Positions 13,867-28,040 are shown, counted from the stretch's first letter. The stretch: DNA of 64,000 nt from Octopus bimaculoides (GCF_001194135.2 NC_068981.1:100541749-100605748), one strand, 5' to 3'. The notes: generated from the sequence alone by a model not told the origin. Numbers and translations are program-made.

Positions 13867-14594
13867 GTATGTACTGATAGATTGTTTTCGTCATCATCAT
13901 CATCGTTTAACAGTTGTTTTCCATACTGCCATGGGTTGGATGGTTTGACAAAAGTTGGCCAGCTGAAAAACTGCTTCGGTTCCATGTGTTTTGGCATGAT
14001 TTCTATGGCTGGATGCCAACCACTGTACAGAGTGTACAGAGTGCCAACCACTTCACAGGTACTTTTACAAAGTACCAGCATGGGTGCACTTACATAGCAC
14101 TGGCTCGGGTGCTTTTTATGTGGCATCTCTCAGCTGAAGAGGGGTGTAGGAGACTTGCCAGTATGCAAGGAGAACCACGATTCTATTTGGCTTGGCGTGT
14201 CTTCTCAAGTACAGCATCCCCTCTGTGAGACCCAACGTTTGAAGATCCTTTCTCACCACTTTGTCCCATGTCTTCTTGGGTCTACCCCTTCCACACGTTC
14301 CCTCCACATAAATTACATTTTGATGTTAGTATAAACTGTCAAAGTGGATGAGGTATTGTTGAACCAACAGCTAAAAAATCTTGTGTCCAAATTTAATCCT
14401 TTATCTTTTACTTGTTTCTGTTGCTGGAAGGGTTTAGTTGAACAAATTTCCCCCAATACCTATTTTTTTAATATCTGGTACTTATTCTTTTGGTCTCTTT
14501 TGTCAAAACCACTAAGTTATGGGGATGTAAACAAACCAACAATTGTCAAGCAGTGGCAGTGGAGACATACAGAAGCACAAAGACCTGCACACAT

Positions 14595-14641
<47 letters not shown>

Positions 14642-15269
14642 TATATACAGATGTGTGTGCATGTGTGTGTGTGTAGTGGACTTCGATACAGTTTCCATCT
14701 ACCAAATTTTCTCACAAGGTATTAGTTGACCCAGGACTATAGCATAAGTCACTTGTTTGAGGTACCATGCTGTGGGACTTAACCCGAAACCATGTGGTTG
14801 GCCTAGACTTAATACAAACATTTTGTTGTTTATTTGGAGAGTACACTTAATACTAACCTTATTTTTATATGCTTCAACTCTTCAAACCATCAAGATTAAG
14901 TGCCAGAACTCATAAGAATGTTTAACTGTGGTATCCTGGCATACTATATTGGGGAAAATTTATCTTTCATCCAGTGCTGGTTATTATGAACTCCATAGTG
15001 TTACTGAAATTTTTTAATGTCTTATATTTTTATATATAGTTTTATATATTCCCTGAGTAAGTGACTCAACCCACCCGGCAGATATTATTTTATCAATCTC
15101 AAGGGAATTAAAAGCAAAGTTGGCTCCAGTGTGATTTTAACATAATAATAGTAATTAAAATCAGTCATTAACAAATATTGTTTTATTTTCTTAACCACAC
15201 TCTTTTGTTTTTAGTTTTGGTTTATTTTTAATGCGCCATGCATTGAATATGTTAGTGTTAACTTAACTA

Positions 15270-16356
15270 TTATTTTTATATGGGTGCCATCTTTGAATTC
15301 TTTAGTATAAAGTTTGGGAAGTGAACTAGATTAAAGATGATGTGTGCAAAGGTGACTCGAAACATACACTCAGTTTATGGGAAAGAATGTTTGAATATAA
15401 GAACTTGCAGAAGATGGTTTGCAAAATTCAGAAGTGGAGATTTTAGCCTTGAAGGTGAAGATCGAACAGGACGTCCAGTTGAGTTTGATGATAAGTTCCT
15501 TGAGGCATTACTTGAAGAAAATCCTGCATTCTCAGTTGAAGAATTGGCAATAAAGCTTAGTTCAAACCATACAACTGTTCATCATCATCTTCAACAACTT
15601 GGAAAGGTTCCTAAACTTGGAAAATGGGTGCCTCATGAATTGTCCGAAAACAACTGCAAATCCTGAGTTTACATCTACTCTTCTCTCCATTCTCGCAAAC
15701 TCATTTCACCCTTTTTGGATAGACTTGTGACGAAAAATGGATCTNNNNNNNNNNTGGTAAAAGGGAAAACGCTCATCCACAACCGAGAAGGGAACTTCAT
15801 GGGAAAGAGGTTCTTCTCTCTATCTGGTGGGATTGCAAAGGAGTAATTCACTTGGAATTGTTACCACCTAATGCAACAATCAATGCTCAAGTCTACTGTC
15901 AGCAATTAGAGTATTTGAATGAAGCTTTGCAGAAAAAAGACTCGCTTTAGTGAATCGAAAAGGAGTGATGTTTCATCAGGACAATGCGCAACTCCACACT
16001 GCAAAGATCACATCACAGAAGATCAAAGAGCTCGGTTGGGAAAAAATTCCTCATCCACCTTATTCTCCCGACCTTGCTCCTTTAGACTACCATTTGTTTC
16101 ATAGTTTACAGAATCATTTGTGGGGACATAATTTTCGCAAGCCAGGAGGAGGTCGAAACTGACATTTCAGAGTTGTTTGCTTTGAAACCAAAAGAGTTTT
16201 ATACATTGATGGGATTAAAAAGCTTGTAAATAGATGGAAGGAAGTCAGGGATAATCAGAGAAAGTACATTGATGATTAAATTTCAATTAAATATAACATT
16301 TGATTACTCATTTTCTTTATTCAAAATTCGGAGAGAACTTATAGGATGACATGATA
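15270..16356 (+). mobile_element. mariner (DD34D) element with decayed transposase
   Basis: Motifs WFAKFRSGDFSL, WVPHEL, DEKW, HQDNA and HPPYSPDLAPLDY, with stops and frameshifts. Right TIR-like end gaacttataggatgacatgaTA; no left TIR found, so the start is approximate. Confidence 0.92.
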
Positions 16357-17229
16357 GTAGAGTGGAAATGTGAGTAGGATGGGAAACTTTGGAAAGATAC
16401 AGTCCTATAGAACTGGACAAAGTGCTTAGAATAAGATATAAGCTATAAAATAGGAGGGAGCCATGGGTGAATTTAGAAGCAGTTAGTCAAGCACAGTGTT
16501 GATATTGTTCTAATATTGGTTTAAAATTTTGGCACAAAGCCAGCAATTTCAGGGAAAGGGTAAGTTGATTACATAAACCCCAGTACTCAACTGGTACTTA
16601 TTTTATTGACCCCAAAAGAATGAAAGGCAAAGTTGACTTCAACAAAATTTGAATTCGGAACATAAAGACAGACAAAATGCCACTAAGTATTTTGCCCAGC
16701 CTGCTTACGATTCTGCCAGTTCACCACCCTATGCTGTTGATCTAATATTCTCATATCATCATGCGACACATAAATATCTTATAATACTTACTGTATTTGA
16801 TAACACATACGACACACTTATATGCCATCTTAATGTCTCAAAAAAAATCACCCCAGGTCCTATATGTGGAGTTGCTTTAAATATTACATGCTTTAATGCA
16901 CTAAAAACTATTTTTCCTGAATATATACTGCTGAAATTGGAGTGCATAATCTAATATACCCATGTGTCTTTTATGTCACTAAATACAGTAGCTTCATCCT
17001 TCTACATTTCAAAATCAAATCTGTAATCAAAGGTCAACTTTGCCTTTCACCTTTCTAGAAAATTTAGTTCCAGTGAAATACTAGAGAGAAAGAAGCATCT
17101 AAATCAACTGCTTTCTTTCAATCTGTAGCTTTGTACCAATGTTAGAAGCCTTCAGCATATGAGAAATTAGAATATTCTGTTGCTGTGAGAAATCTTTTGA
17201 AAGTGACATTTTATTTTTTATCATTACAG

Positions 17230-17442
17230 GTGAATATTTCAAAGCTATGGAAAATATGGAGAAGTACTATCATTTAACCACTGATAAAGACTGGGTGTCT
17301 AACAATAACGTTAATTTGAATACCCAAGCAACTCTTCATTTGTGTGATATTTATACCATTATTGCAAATAACATGGAAAAGAATCTACGCTCTGACAGTT
17401 CTTTACAATATTTACTGAAGGCTCATGAAAAAGCAGTGGAAA
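17230..17442 (+). CDS. TTC29: TTC29-like coding exon 4 (GEYFKAMENMEKYYHLT...LLKAHEKAVE)
   Basis: ttacag acceptor, A|gtaaat donor, 213 nt, phase 1-1, open and in frame with its neighbours. Confidence 0.88.
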
Positions 17443-19081
17443 GTAAATATTATTATTTATTTTTTTTTCCTTTACATGTTTTTCTATGTGTTATAACTAA
17501 CTGAGTCAAAAGCAACCCATCAAAGAGAGTCACTAGCACAACATTATATCCATAGCTGGGACACTTAACTCCTTCTGACTCTGTTTACCTAACTGTATGT
17601 GTGTGTATGGATGTATATATAAAGAAACATGTATACATATAAAGAGACATCATGATGATGATGATGATATGTATGTATGTAATATATATATATATATATA
17701 TATCATCATATCATTGTTTAACATCTGTCTTCCATGCAGGCATGGGTTGGACAGTTTGACAGGAGTCAACCAGGTAGAAGATTACCGTATCTGTTTTGGC
17801 AAGGTTTTTGCGGCTGGATGCCCTTCCTTACACCAACCACTCTACAGAATGGACTGAGTGCTTTCTATGTGGCACCAGCACATGTGAGGTCAGTTCTGGC
17901 ATGGTTTTTACAGCTGGATGCCCTTCCAAATGCCAACCACTTTACAGTGTAGACTGGATGCTTTTTCTGTGGCACCAACACTGGCAGGGTCACCAAGTAA
18001 CTTGTAAGACAAGGAGTATAGCTTGGTAACATGTACCATGCTTTCACTAATTGTTTTAGGTGTCTGTGTAGCTGAGAGCAGACATAAACAACCTCTTTGT
18101 CATCACATTCTTGATCTAGCACATTGAGGATATGATAGCTGGAGGAAGTGAAGGCTGCAAGACCTTGGTTAGTACTCATTTACAGCTGAGTAAACTGGAG
18201 TAATGTGAAAGAAGTACCTTCCTCAATGACAAATATTCTACTTAGTCCAGTAATCAAACCCACAATCTTACAATCATGAGTCCAATACTCCAACCACTAG
18301 GCCAGATTCCTTCACAATATTTGTGTGTATGTATGTGTGCTTGTATATTATTGTAGTGGATCATGCAAGCATGACATGGATTCGATCCTCAATTGCCCAA
18401 TTTCACTTAACTGTACAATGGACTTTTCCGATAGAGAAACATTAAGTTGATAAGAGTGACATTCAACAGATAGCTTCCCTAAGCCGATTTATGTCTTTAC
18501 CACTTGACCCCTGCTAACCTTTTGTATGCAGGGGGTGGTTTTAAATTGACAGAACAATAGGCTTCCCAAAATACCCATTGTTTAGATAACGGTATGTCTC
18601 TCTTTCTAACGATCTTGCGATAATTATATACAGAAGATTCCCAAGCAAAAGTTAATTGGCAAAAAGGAGATGACAGGGAGGCAACCACAAACAAAATCCA
18701 GTTAGTGAGATAATTCAACTGAGAGAAGGCTGACCAGTGAGAATATCAACTATGATACAGTGTCTGATCACAACACCACTGCTGTTTAAGTGTCAGGCAC
18801 TATGAAGGTATCATTTTATCGACTCCCTACATTTAACATTCATTCTATCTTCCTCTAATTCCTAGTTGGGCAGCTAGCAGTTGATCAAACATAACCAGCA
18901 ACAACATATAAGATAACTCTATGGTTTTTATATGATACACACACTTGTCCATCGAGGCAAGACATTATACTAAGTAACAGTAAATAAATATTTCCTTAAA
19001 AGTATGAATGCTGTTCTTCTTCCATCTTGCATACTGGCAGCCAACACCTTAACAACCATTGTTACATTATGTACATATATC

Positions 19082-19871
19082 ATCATCGTCATCATCATCA
19101 TCATTTAATGTCCGCCTTCCATGCTAGCATGGGTTGGACAATTTGACTGGGGACTGGCGAACCAGATGGCTACACCAGACTCCAATCTGATCTGGCAGAG
19201 TTTCTAAAGCTGGATGCCCTTCCTAACGCCAACCACTCCGAGAGTGTAGTGGGTACTTTTTATGTGCCACCAGCACGAGGGCCAGTCCGGCGGTACTGGC
19301 AATGGCCATGCTCAAATGGTTTTATTTTTATGTGCCACCTGCATAAGAGTCAGTCCAATGTTTTGTTCACATGCGACTGGCACAAGTGCCAGTAAGGCGA
19401 AACTGGAAACGATCGCGCTCAAATGTTGCTTTTTATGTGCCACTGGCACCCTAACCCTAACCCTAACCCTAACCCTGCTACTGACTTGATCACCTAGGTA
19501 ACGGAAGCTCTGTCAACTACTTCTAGTTTTTCTCCCTGGAATGTGGCAGAAGTTGTTCTCTGCACATTTTCAGTGTTTATTGCTCCTGAGCATCTGCCAC
19601 ATACAAAACTATCTTCCTAGTTAGCCTTCCTTTGATATTGCTGCACCTCTTATGTGTCCATAGCTTACACTGGGTACATCTTATAGAGTTTCTACCTACG
19701 CCTTTTCTACAGATCAAGCAGGGCCATCTACCTGAAGAGGTTTGTGTGTTTTCTACCTTCCTACTTATTAGGACTTTGGTTTTAGCTAGGTTGACTCTAA
19801 GGCCCTTCGATTCTAATCCTTGCTTCCACACCTGAAACTTCTCCTCTAGTTCTGATAGTGACTCAGCAATT
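19082..19871 (-). mobile_element. RTE LINE copy with internal deletion (ORF piece plus 3' UTR and (GAT)n tail)
   Basis: 19477..19871 parallels 52125..52510 (IAESLSELEEKFQVWKQG...CLICRKGVGRNSIRCTQC). 19082..19448 parallels the 3' end at 53250..53557. The 5' side ends in an N gap. Confidence 0.9.
19449..19476 (-). repeat. Interstitial telomeric tract (CCCTAA)4CCCT
   Basis: Read directly from the sequence. Confidence 0.95.
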
Positions 19872-20573
19872 NNNNNNNNNNNNNNNNNNNNNNNNNNNNN
19901 NNNNNNNNNNNNNNNNNNNNNNNNNNNNNNNNNNNNNNNNNNNNNNNNNNNNNNNNNNNNNNNNNNNNNNNNNNNNNNNNNNNNNNNNNNNNNNNNNNNN
20001 NNNNNNNNNNNNNNNNNNNNNNNNNNNNNNNNNNNNNNNNNNNNNNNNNNNNNNNNNNNNNNNNNNNNNNNNNNNNNNNNNNNNNNNNNNNNNNNNNNNN
20101 NNNNNNNNNNNNNNNNNNNNNNNNNNNNNNNNNNNNNNNNNNNNNNNNNNNNNNNNNNNNNNNNNNNNNNNNNNNNNNNNNNNNNNNNNNNNNNNNNNNN
20201 NNNNNNNNNNNNNNNNNNNNNNNNNNNNNNNNNNNNNNNNNNNNNNNNNNNNNNNNNNNNNNNNNNNNNNNNNNNNNNNNNNNNNNNNNNNNNNNNNNNN
20301 NNNNNNNNNNNNNNNNNNNNNNNNNNNNNNNNNNNNNNNNNNNNNNNNNNNNNNNNNNNNNNNNNNNNNNNNNNNNNNNNNNNNNNNNNNNNNGCCAGTG
20401 CAGTTTGCCAGCAGTGACATTGCAACTCATTTCTACAGCTGAATAAACTGGAACAACATGAAATAAAGTGTCTTGCTCAAGAACACAACACAAGCCCAGT
20501 TCAGGTATCGAGCTCACTACCTCGTTATGGTGAGCCCAATGCTCTAACCACTGAGCCATGCTTCATTTTGTGT

Positions 20574-20617
<44 letters not shown>

Positions 20618-23600
20618 TTATTTAATATCCATATTTCATGCTGGGATGGGTCAGCTGGTTTGACAGGATCTGTCAGGTCTGAGGACCACATCTTACACTA
20701 ATACCTGCTTTGAGATGGCTTCTATGGCTGGTTACTATTCCTAACGCCAACCACTTCACAGCATGTCCTGAGTGCTTCTTTTCATGACACCAGCAGTTGT
20801 GAGATTGCCATGCAACTTGCAAGACTAAGAAACCTCTTTCACTGAGTGGGGCTACGGTAGAGAGGGAGGTGGTGTTGGTGTAACACTAGGTGAGGAGGGG
20901 CTAAAGTGTTGGAGAAGGAACTCGAACAGAATAGGTCTCTTGCTGTGGAGGTGCTACTTAGCTACTCACATTGTAGAGAAGAGGGTGATAATGATCATAG
21001 TGGGCTAGAAAGAGGTAAAAACAGTGGTGATAAGGTGTCACGGTGGACCCTCGTGGTACAAGGCTATGGTGAATGAGAACAGGAGAACTGGGAATGCTGG
21101 TGGGCAGAAGTTGCAAGAATGTGTGGGAGAGCGAGAAGTGGTTAGAGATGGGAATGGGGGCTGGGACGAATATAATGAACGAAGACCAAGTGTTGATTGA
21201 GGGATGATAAATAAGGAAAGCAAGGAAGAGTAGGGTTAAGGGGTGGGTGTGGTAACTGGTGTACAAGGAGTGGAGGGCAACCCTTGATATATGAAGGACA
21301 GGGGAAATTAGGTGACCGACAGTGCAGAAAAAGAGCAACAGAACAGTAGAATTATTCAGCAGACAGGAGAAAGATGAGAGATGATAAGAGAAAGTGTGTG
21401 AGAGAGAGCATGGGTTAACTTCCATGTCTGCAATTCCCTCTCCGATTCCACCATAGATTTAGCTATGAGAACTAGATCATCATCATCATCTCATGTACAT
21501 ATACGTATGTGTACCATGCATCATAACAGAAAAGAAACAGTATAGTTGTAATTTAACCCAAGCTCAATGCGATGGAGCAAATCTATTTAAAAGAGTTTTC
21601 CATCTGTGACCATCCTGTTTTTAAAATATATTGAAATGTATGTTATCTAACGTGTTTCCTTTTTAAAAGGGGGAAGCTGTGATTTGAGGAGAATTTGGTT
21701 GCTATTTCTAACAGATTGAATAACCATGTAAATGCTGTATGTTACAACAGTTTGTGCTGCTGATTTCAAGTACTCTAATGGAGAAAAAACAATGAATCCA
21801 TTATATTGGCTTCAAATGATACTGAAACTAGAAGGATAACCAAAAGTTTAATCTCTCTGTACTATTATAACTGTGGTTGATAGGTATCTGGATATTGCTT
21901 AGGCTGCATGCTGTTCTAATATAAAACCAAGTTTACAGAAAATTCCTTGTAATAATTTCACAACACAGCATAAACATTTGAACATAATTTATTGTGTTGC
22001 ATTAGTATGAAAGGATATTCATGCATTACAATTAATAGAAACAGTAAAGTGGAAATAGCATAATATGATATGCAAGAAAAATGTCTGTTCAAAGTTTCAT
22101 GGGCTGGTTTTGACATACTAAGCAAATATACAGGTGCCATGTCATGTCTTCTTCTTTAATATCTTCAATTGAATGTGCAGCTGTTAGAATAGCTATAGAG
22201 AGTGTGTAATTCAAAGCTCAACCCAAGACACTCTAAAATTGGTGAGAGTGGAGAACGTCATAGCAGCTCTGATGTCTGTGGCATTCTGTGATATTGGCAC
22301 TTAAATTGACTGTACTTATAGGCTTTGTTCATGGAAAGTTCCAGACAGGCTAAAAAACAATTCCATAAACAACAACCATTGATTGGATAAAATCTTGGTT
22401 GTTCACATGATCAAACCATGATTGAATTGTGATTTGAAATTCGTATGTGGCAAAATGCAGCTTCAAATCCAATGTTACACTCTCAACAGTGTATAGATTT
22501 AGGCAGCAATCTTATATTTTGTATTTGCTGTTTGACAAAAATGGTTGAAAATATGAATATGTTATTTCATTTGTTTATAATTTACATTCATTTCCTCACA
22601 AGCATAAAATAATTTTTGGTAGAATATCTGGTTTTACAGTTGGCCATCTGCTAATGCCTCAACTATGAAATGGAAATATAACCAGTTTGTCACTCAGACA
22701 AACTAAGATAAATTTTCTAAAGAGAGAAAATTCCATGAGAAACAAATGTTTAGAAAATTAATGTTTGACTGCGACAAAGAGATCATCATTCCATCTTGTA
22801 ATGATGTATCTGTCTTGCTAATGTAACAACTTGCTCCTCAATAACATTCAGAAAATTTGTTCTAATTAATTTCTTTCAGCTTCAATATGTGATATGAACA
22901 ATTTCAGTGTGATCCTTCATAATGACTGATATTGAAGAAGTGATTGTAATTTTATCTTCTGATCTGAAATTAATCATTACTAATTTTAAATAATTTTCTT
23001 TCAAAGTGTTGATCATTAACCCTTTAGTATTTAAACCAGCCATATCCAACCCAAAATGTTCTACTTGATTATGTTCAAACTGGTCAGATGTGGTCCCTCA
23101 CACCTACCCTACAATATCATTCTAAAAATGAACATCATCAAAATCTTGAAGCTATGAGATAATGCAAGATTAAATCAAAACAACATGAATGAATAAGTAT
23201 TGCATTTGACAGAGTAATTTGAATGTCAAAGGGTTTATAGAGAGAATGTTGGTAAAGGGTCACCACTTCAGTGAAAGTTACTGGACTGTTGTCTTTTTGC
23301 TAACTGACTGAAACGTGTGCTTAACTCTTCTTGGGCAGAGAACTGCTTTTGGTATCAATACATGCCCAGCCCTGATTGGCTGGAGTTGCCATAGCTCAAC
23401 TGTGCTCCAATGTGATAGCAAAAATAACTTTTCTTACTCACTACAGGTTAATTGAATTTCATTGTCAAATTGTTTATAATTTATTTGAAAGTAACTCAGT
23501 GAAAAATTTGAAAGTTCATATCACCAGTACCAACTCATAGTACAGCAGTACCTCTACTATTTTTTGCTTATAACAACATTCTGTGACCTATCATATAGCT

Positions 23601-23729
23601 ATCCACTACCATCAAAGAACAGACTATCATTTCTATAGAACTCACTATCACCACTGTACAACATATGAACACTGTAATATATCACAGCAACATAACATCA
23701 TATTAAAGAGATTATCCTCTGTTTTTCAG

Positions 23730-23815
23730 GTAAAGATAATAAAATTATTGGTGAAGCTGTATATAAATTGGGTTTGGCTTATTTAAAAGCAGAGGAACCA
23801 GATGTAGCTCTTCCT
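23730..23815 (+). CDS. TTC29: TTC29-like coding exon 5 (SKDNKIIGEAVYKLGLAYLKAEEPDVALP)
   Basis: gtttttcag acceptor and CCT|gtaagt donor. TPR helix pattern resembles recalled human SDKKMEAEASYYLGLAHLAAEE. Confidence 0.9.
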
Positions 23816-25147
23816 GTAAGTAATCTGTATAATTTTTTCCCTTCAATCATGTATATCATACTTTTTTATTAATAGTTGTATTTACATTAAGAGCAATTTT
23901 AATAAAGGTGGTTGGATGGATTTTATTTTAATCCAGGACCTTTATACTTTCCTCAGCTGCTTGAAAAGCAGGCCGATGCAAATAGAGACATTTATCTTCT
24001 AAAATTATTTATTATAGAGAAGTTTCAAGTGGTTGCACTAATACTGGATTCTTTATAGTATATATGGCTTCAGGCTTGACAGTTCTGAATCCGAATAACA
24101 CCTCACTTGATTTTTGTTTCCAATCCTCTGAACTCGTTAAAACAAGTACTTTAATGAAGAGCAAAGTATGAAGTTTAGGAAGCAAAACGTTAATTGGTAT
24201 GAGTGTATCAGATGGTTTTAGGTGGAAACAGTTCAAAGTAAACTTAATACTACCAATTTTGCTTAGAGGCTTTGAATGAATATTTTATATCTCTTCTTAT
24301 ACATTAACCTTGAACTTATAGAAAGGTGTCACTGTGTGCTGGAATTTATCCCAAGGATGGATGAATGACACTCCTTGTTCTAAACAGGACCCAAGTTTGT
24401 AGCAGATTTATTGAAACATTTGAGTGTAATTCCACAAGCTAACAAACTTGTCAGTTTTACAGTGTCTTTGCTACTTATAGTAGTAAATTTAACTTCATTT
24501 TACTTCTTTAGGTAGACTGTACCATTAAACCACTGTTTGACAAAGGCATAGTATAATGTCAGTGACAGAATATGAACTGTTGATTCCTTGGCATTCTAAC
24601 AATCCATCCCTCTGGAGTACAATTGACTCATTATTTTAAGAACTTCTAGTGTTTCTTTTATCAGTCCTGAAAAGAGTGATAAAAACAACCACTAGGCACA
24701 TACTAGGATCCACTTAACTTATGTTAATGTGAGAAATCATTATTACAGAGAAAGAAAAAAATCAAATTTAGTTTAAACAAAACTTGGTAAATATAATTCC
24801 ACTGTTAAAATAACTTTTGGTGGCTGACGTCTGGGATAGGTCACCCACATGAATTGGAATTTCTCTATTTTGACAGGAACTTTTCACAGTGCTCTTGTAA
24901 ATAATCTGGAGCATCTTTTTAACAAAAGGATTTTTTTGAGAAATGGTTTCTTTTAAACTCCACCCCTCTCCAGAAAAAAACCCCGTCAAAATGAAGAAAT
25001 TTTAATTTACGTGGGCAGCCTATCCCAGATGTCTGCCCTTTTATTCCATCAGGTATAAAATTGTTAATCATTAGTATAATTAGGTCAAATAAATGTATCT
25101 ATTTATTTGATAGATATCTTTTTGTATATTTTCTTTTTTCTTCATAG

Positions 25148-25239
25148 CGCTTGAAAGAATTCTTAGATGTAACTGAGCGTTATGAGGACATTGAAGGAAT
25201 GGGACGAGCTGCAGAGGCTATTGCACGGGCTTATCAATT
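25148..25239 (+). CDS. TTC29: TTC29-like coding exon 6 (RLKEFLDVTERYEDIEGMGRAAEAIARAYQL)
   Basis: ttcttcatag acceptor, TT|gtaaga donor, phases 0 and 2 fit. Resembles recalled LGRGYEAIAKVLQ. Confidence 0.9.
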
Positions 25240-26055
25240 GTAAGAATTCATTGCTTTATATGCTATTGATAATGATAAATGTTTCTATAAGCAAAGATAT
25301 TCATAAAGTTGGAGTTTAGTTGTGGATCCAATAATGTTAAGCAGGGAAAACTGAATTGCCTCAGAATAGGACACCAGTTTATTACTGGTAACATTCTCTG
25401 GAGTTATAGTGTCAATTAACAACAGTTAGATGAAGTTCATTAAAATAAAGCCCAGAAAAAAAGCAAATAAAATAAAGAACAAGAAAATAGGGAGGAATAA
25501 AGAATAGGATTAGGCATAAAATAATAGTACAAACAATGAAATACAATGGAATGAAGAATAGACTAAGGAATAAATTCTATGACATCAAGATTCATGTAGC
25601 AAGCTTGAACTGGAGATTTCTGTGTTGCTGGTTCAATATCTTATTTATTCTAATTGACTCTTGAGACTAACAAATATTTTTTTCATTGAAATAATTGTCT
25701 TGAGTAGAACATGAATAACTAATTATTCTAGCAGCAAATTTGGGAAAACTATTTTTCTGACAAGAATATATTGGAGTAAACAAGTGAGAGACATGTGAAG
25801 AAGCCATACAAGAAATTTATATACTTTAACATATACACATATGTCATTAGATATCTAATGAAATATCTAATAAATATTGTCCAAATATCCTTGAGGCATA
25901 ACTTAGGCTCTTAATTGATTGTTATAATATTAGTTAGCTCTTTACAAAGAAATGATCATAAAGGATTGTAACTATAAGCTAATAAGAAATAAGCTGATGC
26001 TAAAGTCACATTCTAAAGTACATTTTAAATTTATCAGTTTATTAATAAATATTTG

Positions 26056-26596
26056 GGATCTTTTTTAAAACGGGGGCCACATTTTTCATTAACGAAACAC
26101 TTTGAAACTTGGAACACTGGTAGAATGTGTTATATAAAACATCTTTTTCTCTTAGTCTTCTTAAAAAAAAAAGAAATCCATAAGTTATTCCATGTTAAAG
26201 TTGTCGTATTTCTGTAATTTCAACCAATCACTGACGTCCATTCAGCCGATATACATTAAGTGCCGACTACATAAACAAACGATTCTGAAACAATTAACCC
26301 TAACCCTAACTCTAACCCTAACNNNNNNNNNNTAAAACGAAGGTATGGAGATTAAATACGCTTTACATCGCTTAATCAGCCAAAGGAGTAAATGTAAACA
26401 ACTGAATACTTGTCAGTGATTGGTTGAAATTATCGAAATAAGACAATTTTTTACATGAAATAAATTCGAATACAAAAATATTTTTCTGTTCTATAACACA
26501 AAATAGATAAGTATACGAAGTTTGAAAGTCTTTCCGTACCAAAAACACTACATAAAACATTAATGAAAAATGTGGCCCCCGTTTTAAAATAGATCC
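26056..26596. mobile_element. Long-TIR (Mutator/foldback-like) non-autonomous element with central (CCCTAA)n
   Basis: GGATC...GATCC termini, identical 8-bp flanks AATATTTG (26048-55 and 26597-604), about 190-bp imperfect inverted arms, telomere-like repeat at 26297..26322 next to a 10-N gap. Confidence 0.8.
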
Positions 26597-28040
26597 AATA
26601 TTTGTTATCATCATCACCATTTAACGTCCATTGCCCCTGCTGGCATGGGTCAGATGGTTTGACCAGGGCTGGTAAGTTGAGGGGCTGCACCAGACTCCAG
26701 TCTGATTTGGTTTCTGTGGCTGGATGTGCCCTTCCTAACGCCAACCATTCCAAGAGTGATATGAGTGCTTTTACATGCCACCAGCACATATGCCAGTTGC
26801 ATGACACCAGTATCTGCCACGACTACAATGTTAAATATAGCAATTTATATGAATGAAAAAGAAAATGCAGAGTATCAAGCTAACAGAAAAAAGAAGCAAC
26901 TTCGGAGGACCATTAATGATGTTAGCTGTGTTCCCATGCAAATGGACAACACTTATTGGGTAAAAAATTGATGTATCTCCATTTGGTGAGATACTTGTAG
27001 CAGAGAAAAGCTTAGAAAATGTAATGAAGAGGATAAAGTCTCAGGATATTGAGCTTCATTGAATGACACAGGGGCAGCATTCTTTACTACACACTATCTA
27101 ATCTGTGCCAGCTTGAGAAAATGCATGTTAAACAACAGAGATGATAGTTTGTTACATCTTCATTAGTTTCTGTACAGCACTAGACACATTAGCTGTTCAA
27201 ATACTGCTGTAATTATAACTCTGTTCATTGGTTAAAAAAAAATCATCTAAGATTTTGGTTGAAATTATTGATCATCAAATTATATTTCATTGTCTACATA
27301 CACAAAATGTACTGAATTAAGAATATACTTCTAAATTAGCAGATTGGCATTAGCATATTTTCTTATCATATTTCCCAGCATAGAAGTCTAATTTTTCAGA
27401 CCACAATTTATAGCCAAAAAAGGTAGTTCACCTTATATACCAAGACAATTTTGGATGACCAAAATTTCTTTGTGAAATGCAGCCAGATTTAGAAAGACAA
27501 TGATGATGTTTGAATCCTTACACTACATCGTCGTCGTCATCATCATCATCATCATTGTCATCATTTAGTATCTGCTTTCTATGCTGGCATGAGTTAGACA
27601 GATTGACTGGAGCTGGAAAGCTCCACAGAGTTCCAGTATGGTTTGGTTTGACTTCTACAGCTGGATGCCCTTCCTAATGCCAACCATTCCAAGAGTGTAA
27701 TGGATGCTTTTTACATTCTACCAGTACATTTACATTGCTACATTGCTTTGTATACTTTAAAATATGGTAATTCATTTCTGATTAATGATTATCCTTGATT
27801 TATCTGAAACAAGAGTTACTCTTTTGTCATTGTCTTCATTTTGTCCAAATGTTATGTTGTTTTCTTTTTTTACTACTATGTTTAATCTACTTGAGTGTTT
27901 TTTTAACTGTAAATCTGGTTCTAACTTTATATAAATCTTAAAATGGTTTCAAATACCCTTCAAAAATCACCTGATTTAAGTGACATTTAAAGTTATTTTA
28001 TGAGTGTAATTATGTTTAAAATGATATCATGTTATTTCAG

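Noticed and set aside
20830-21430. 155-aa minus-strand ORF in a purine-rich tract
   Set aside because: Low-complexity translation of a strand-biased repeat interior, with a similar tract at 37540..37700; no domain motif.
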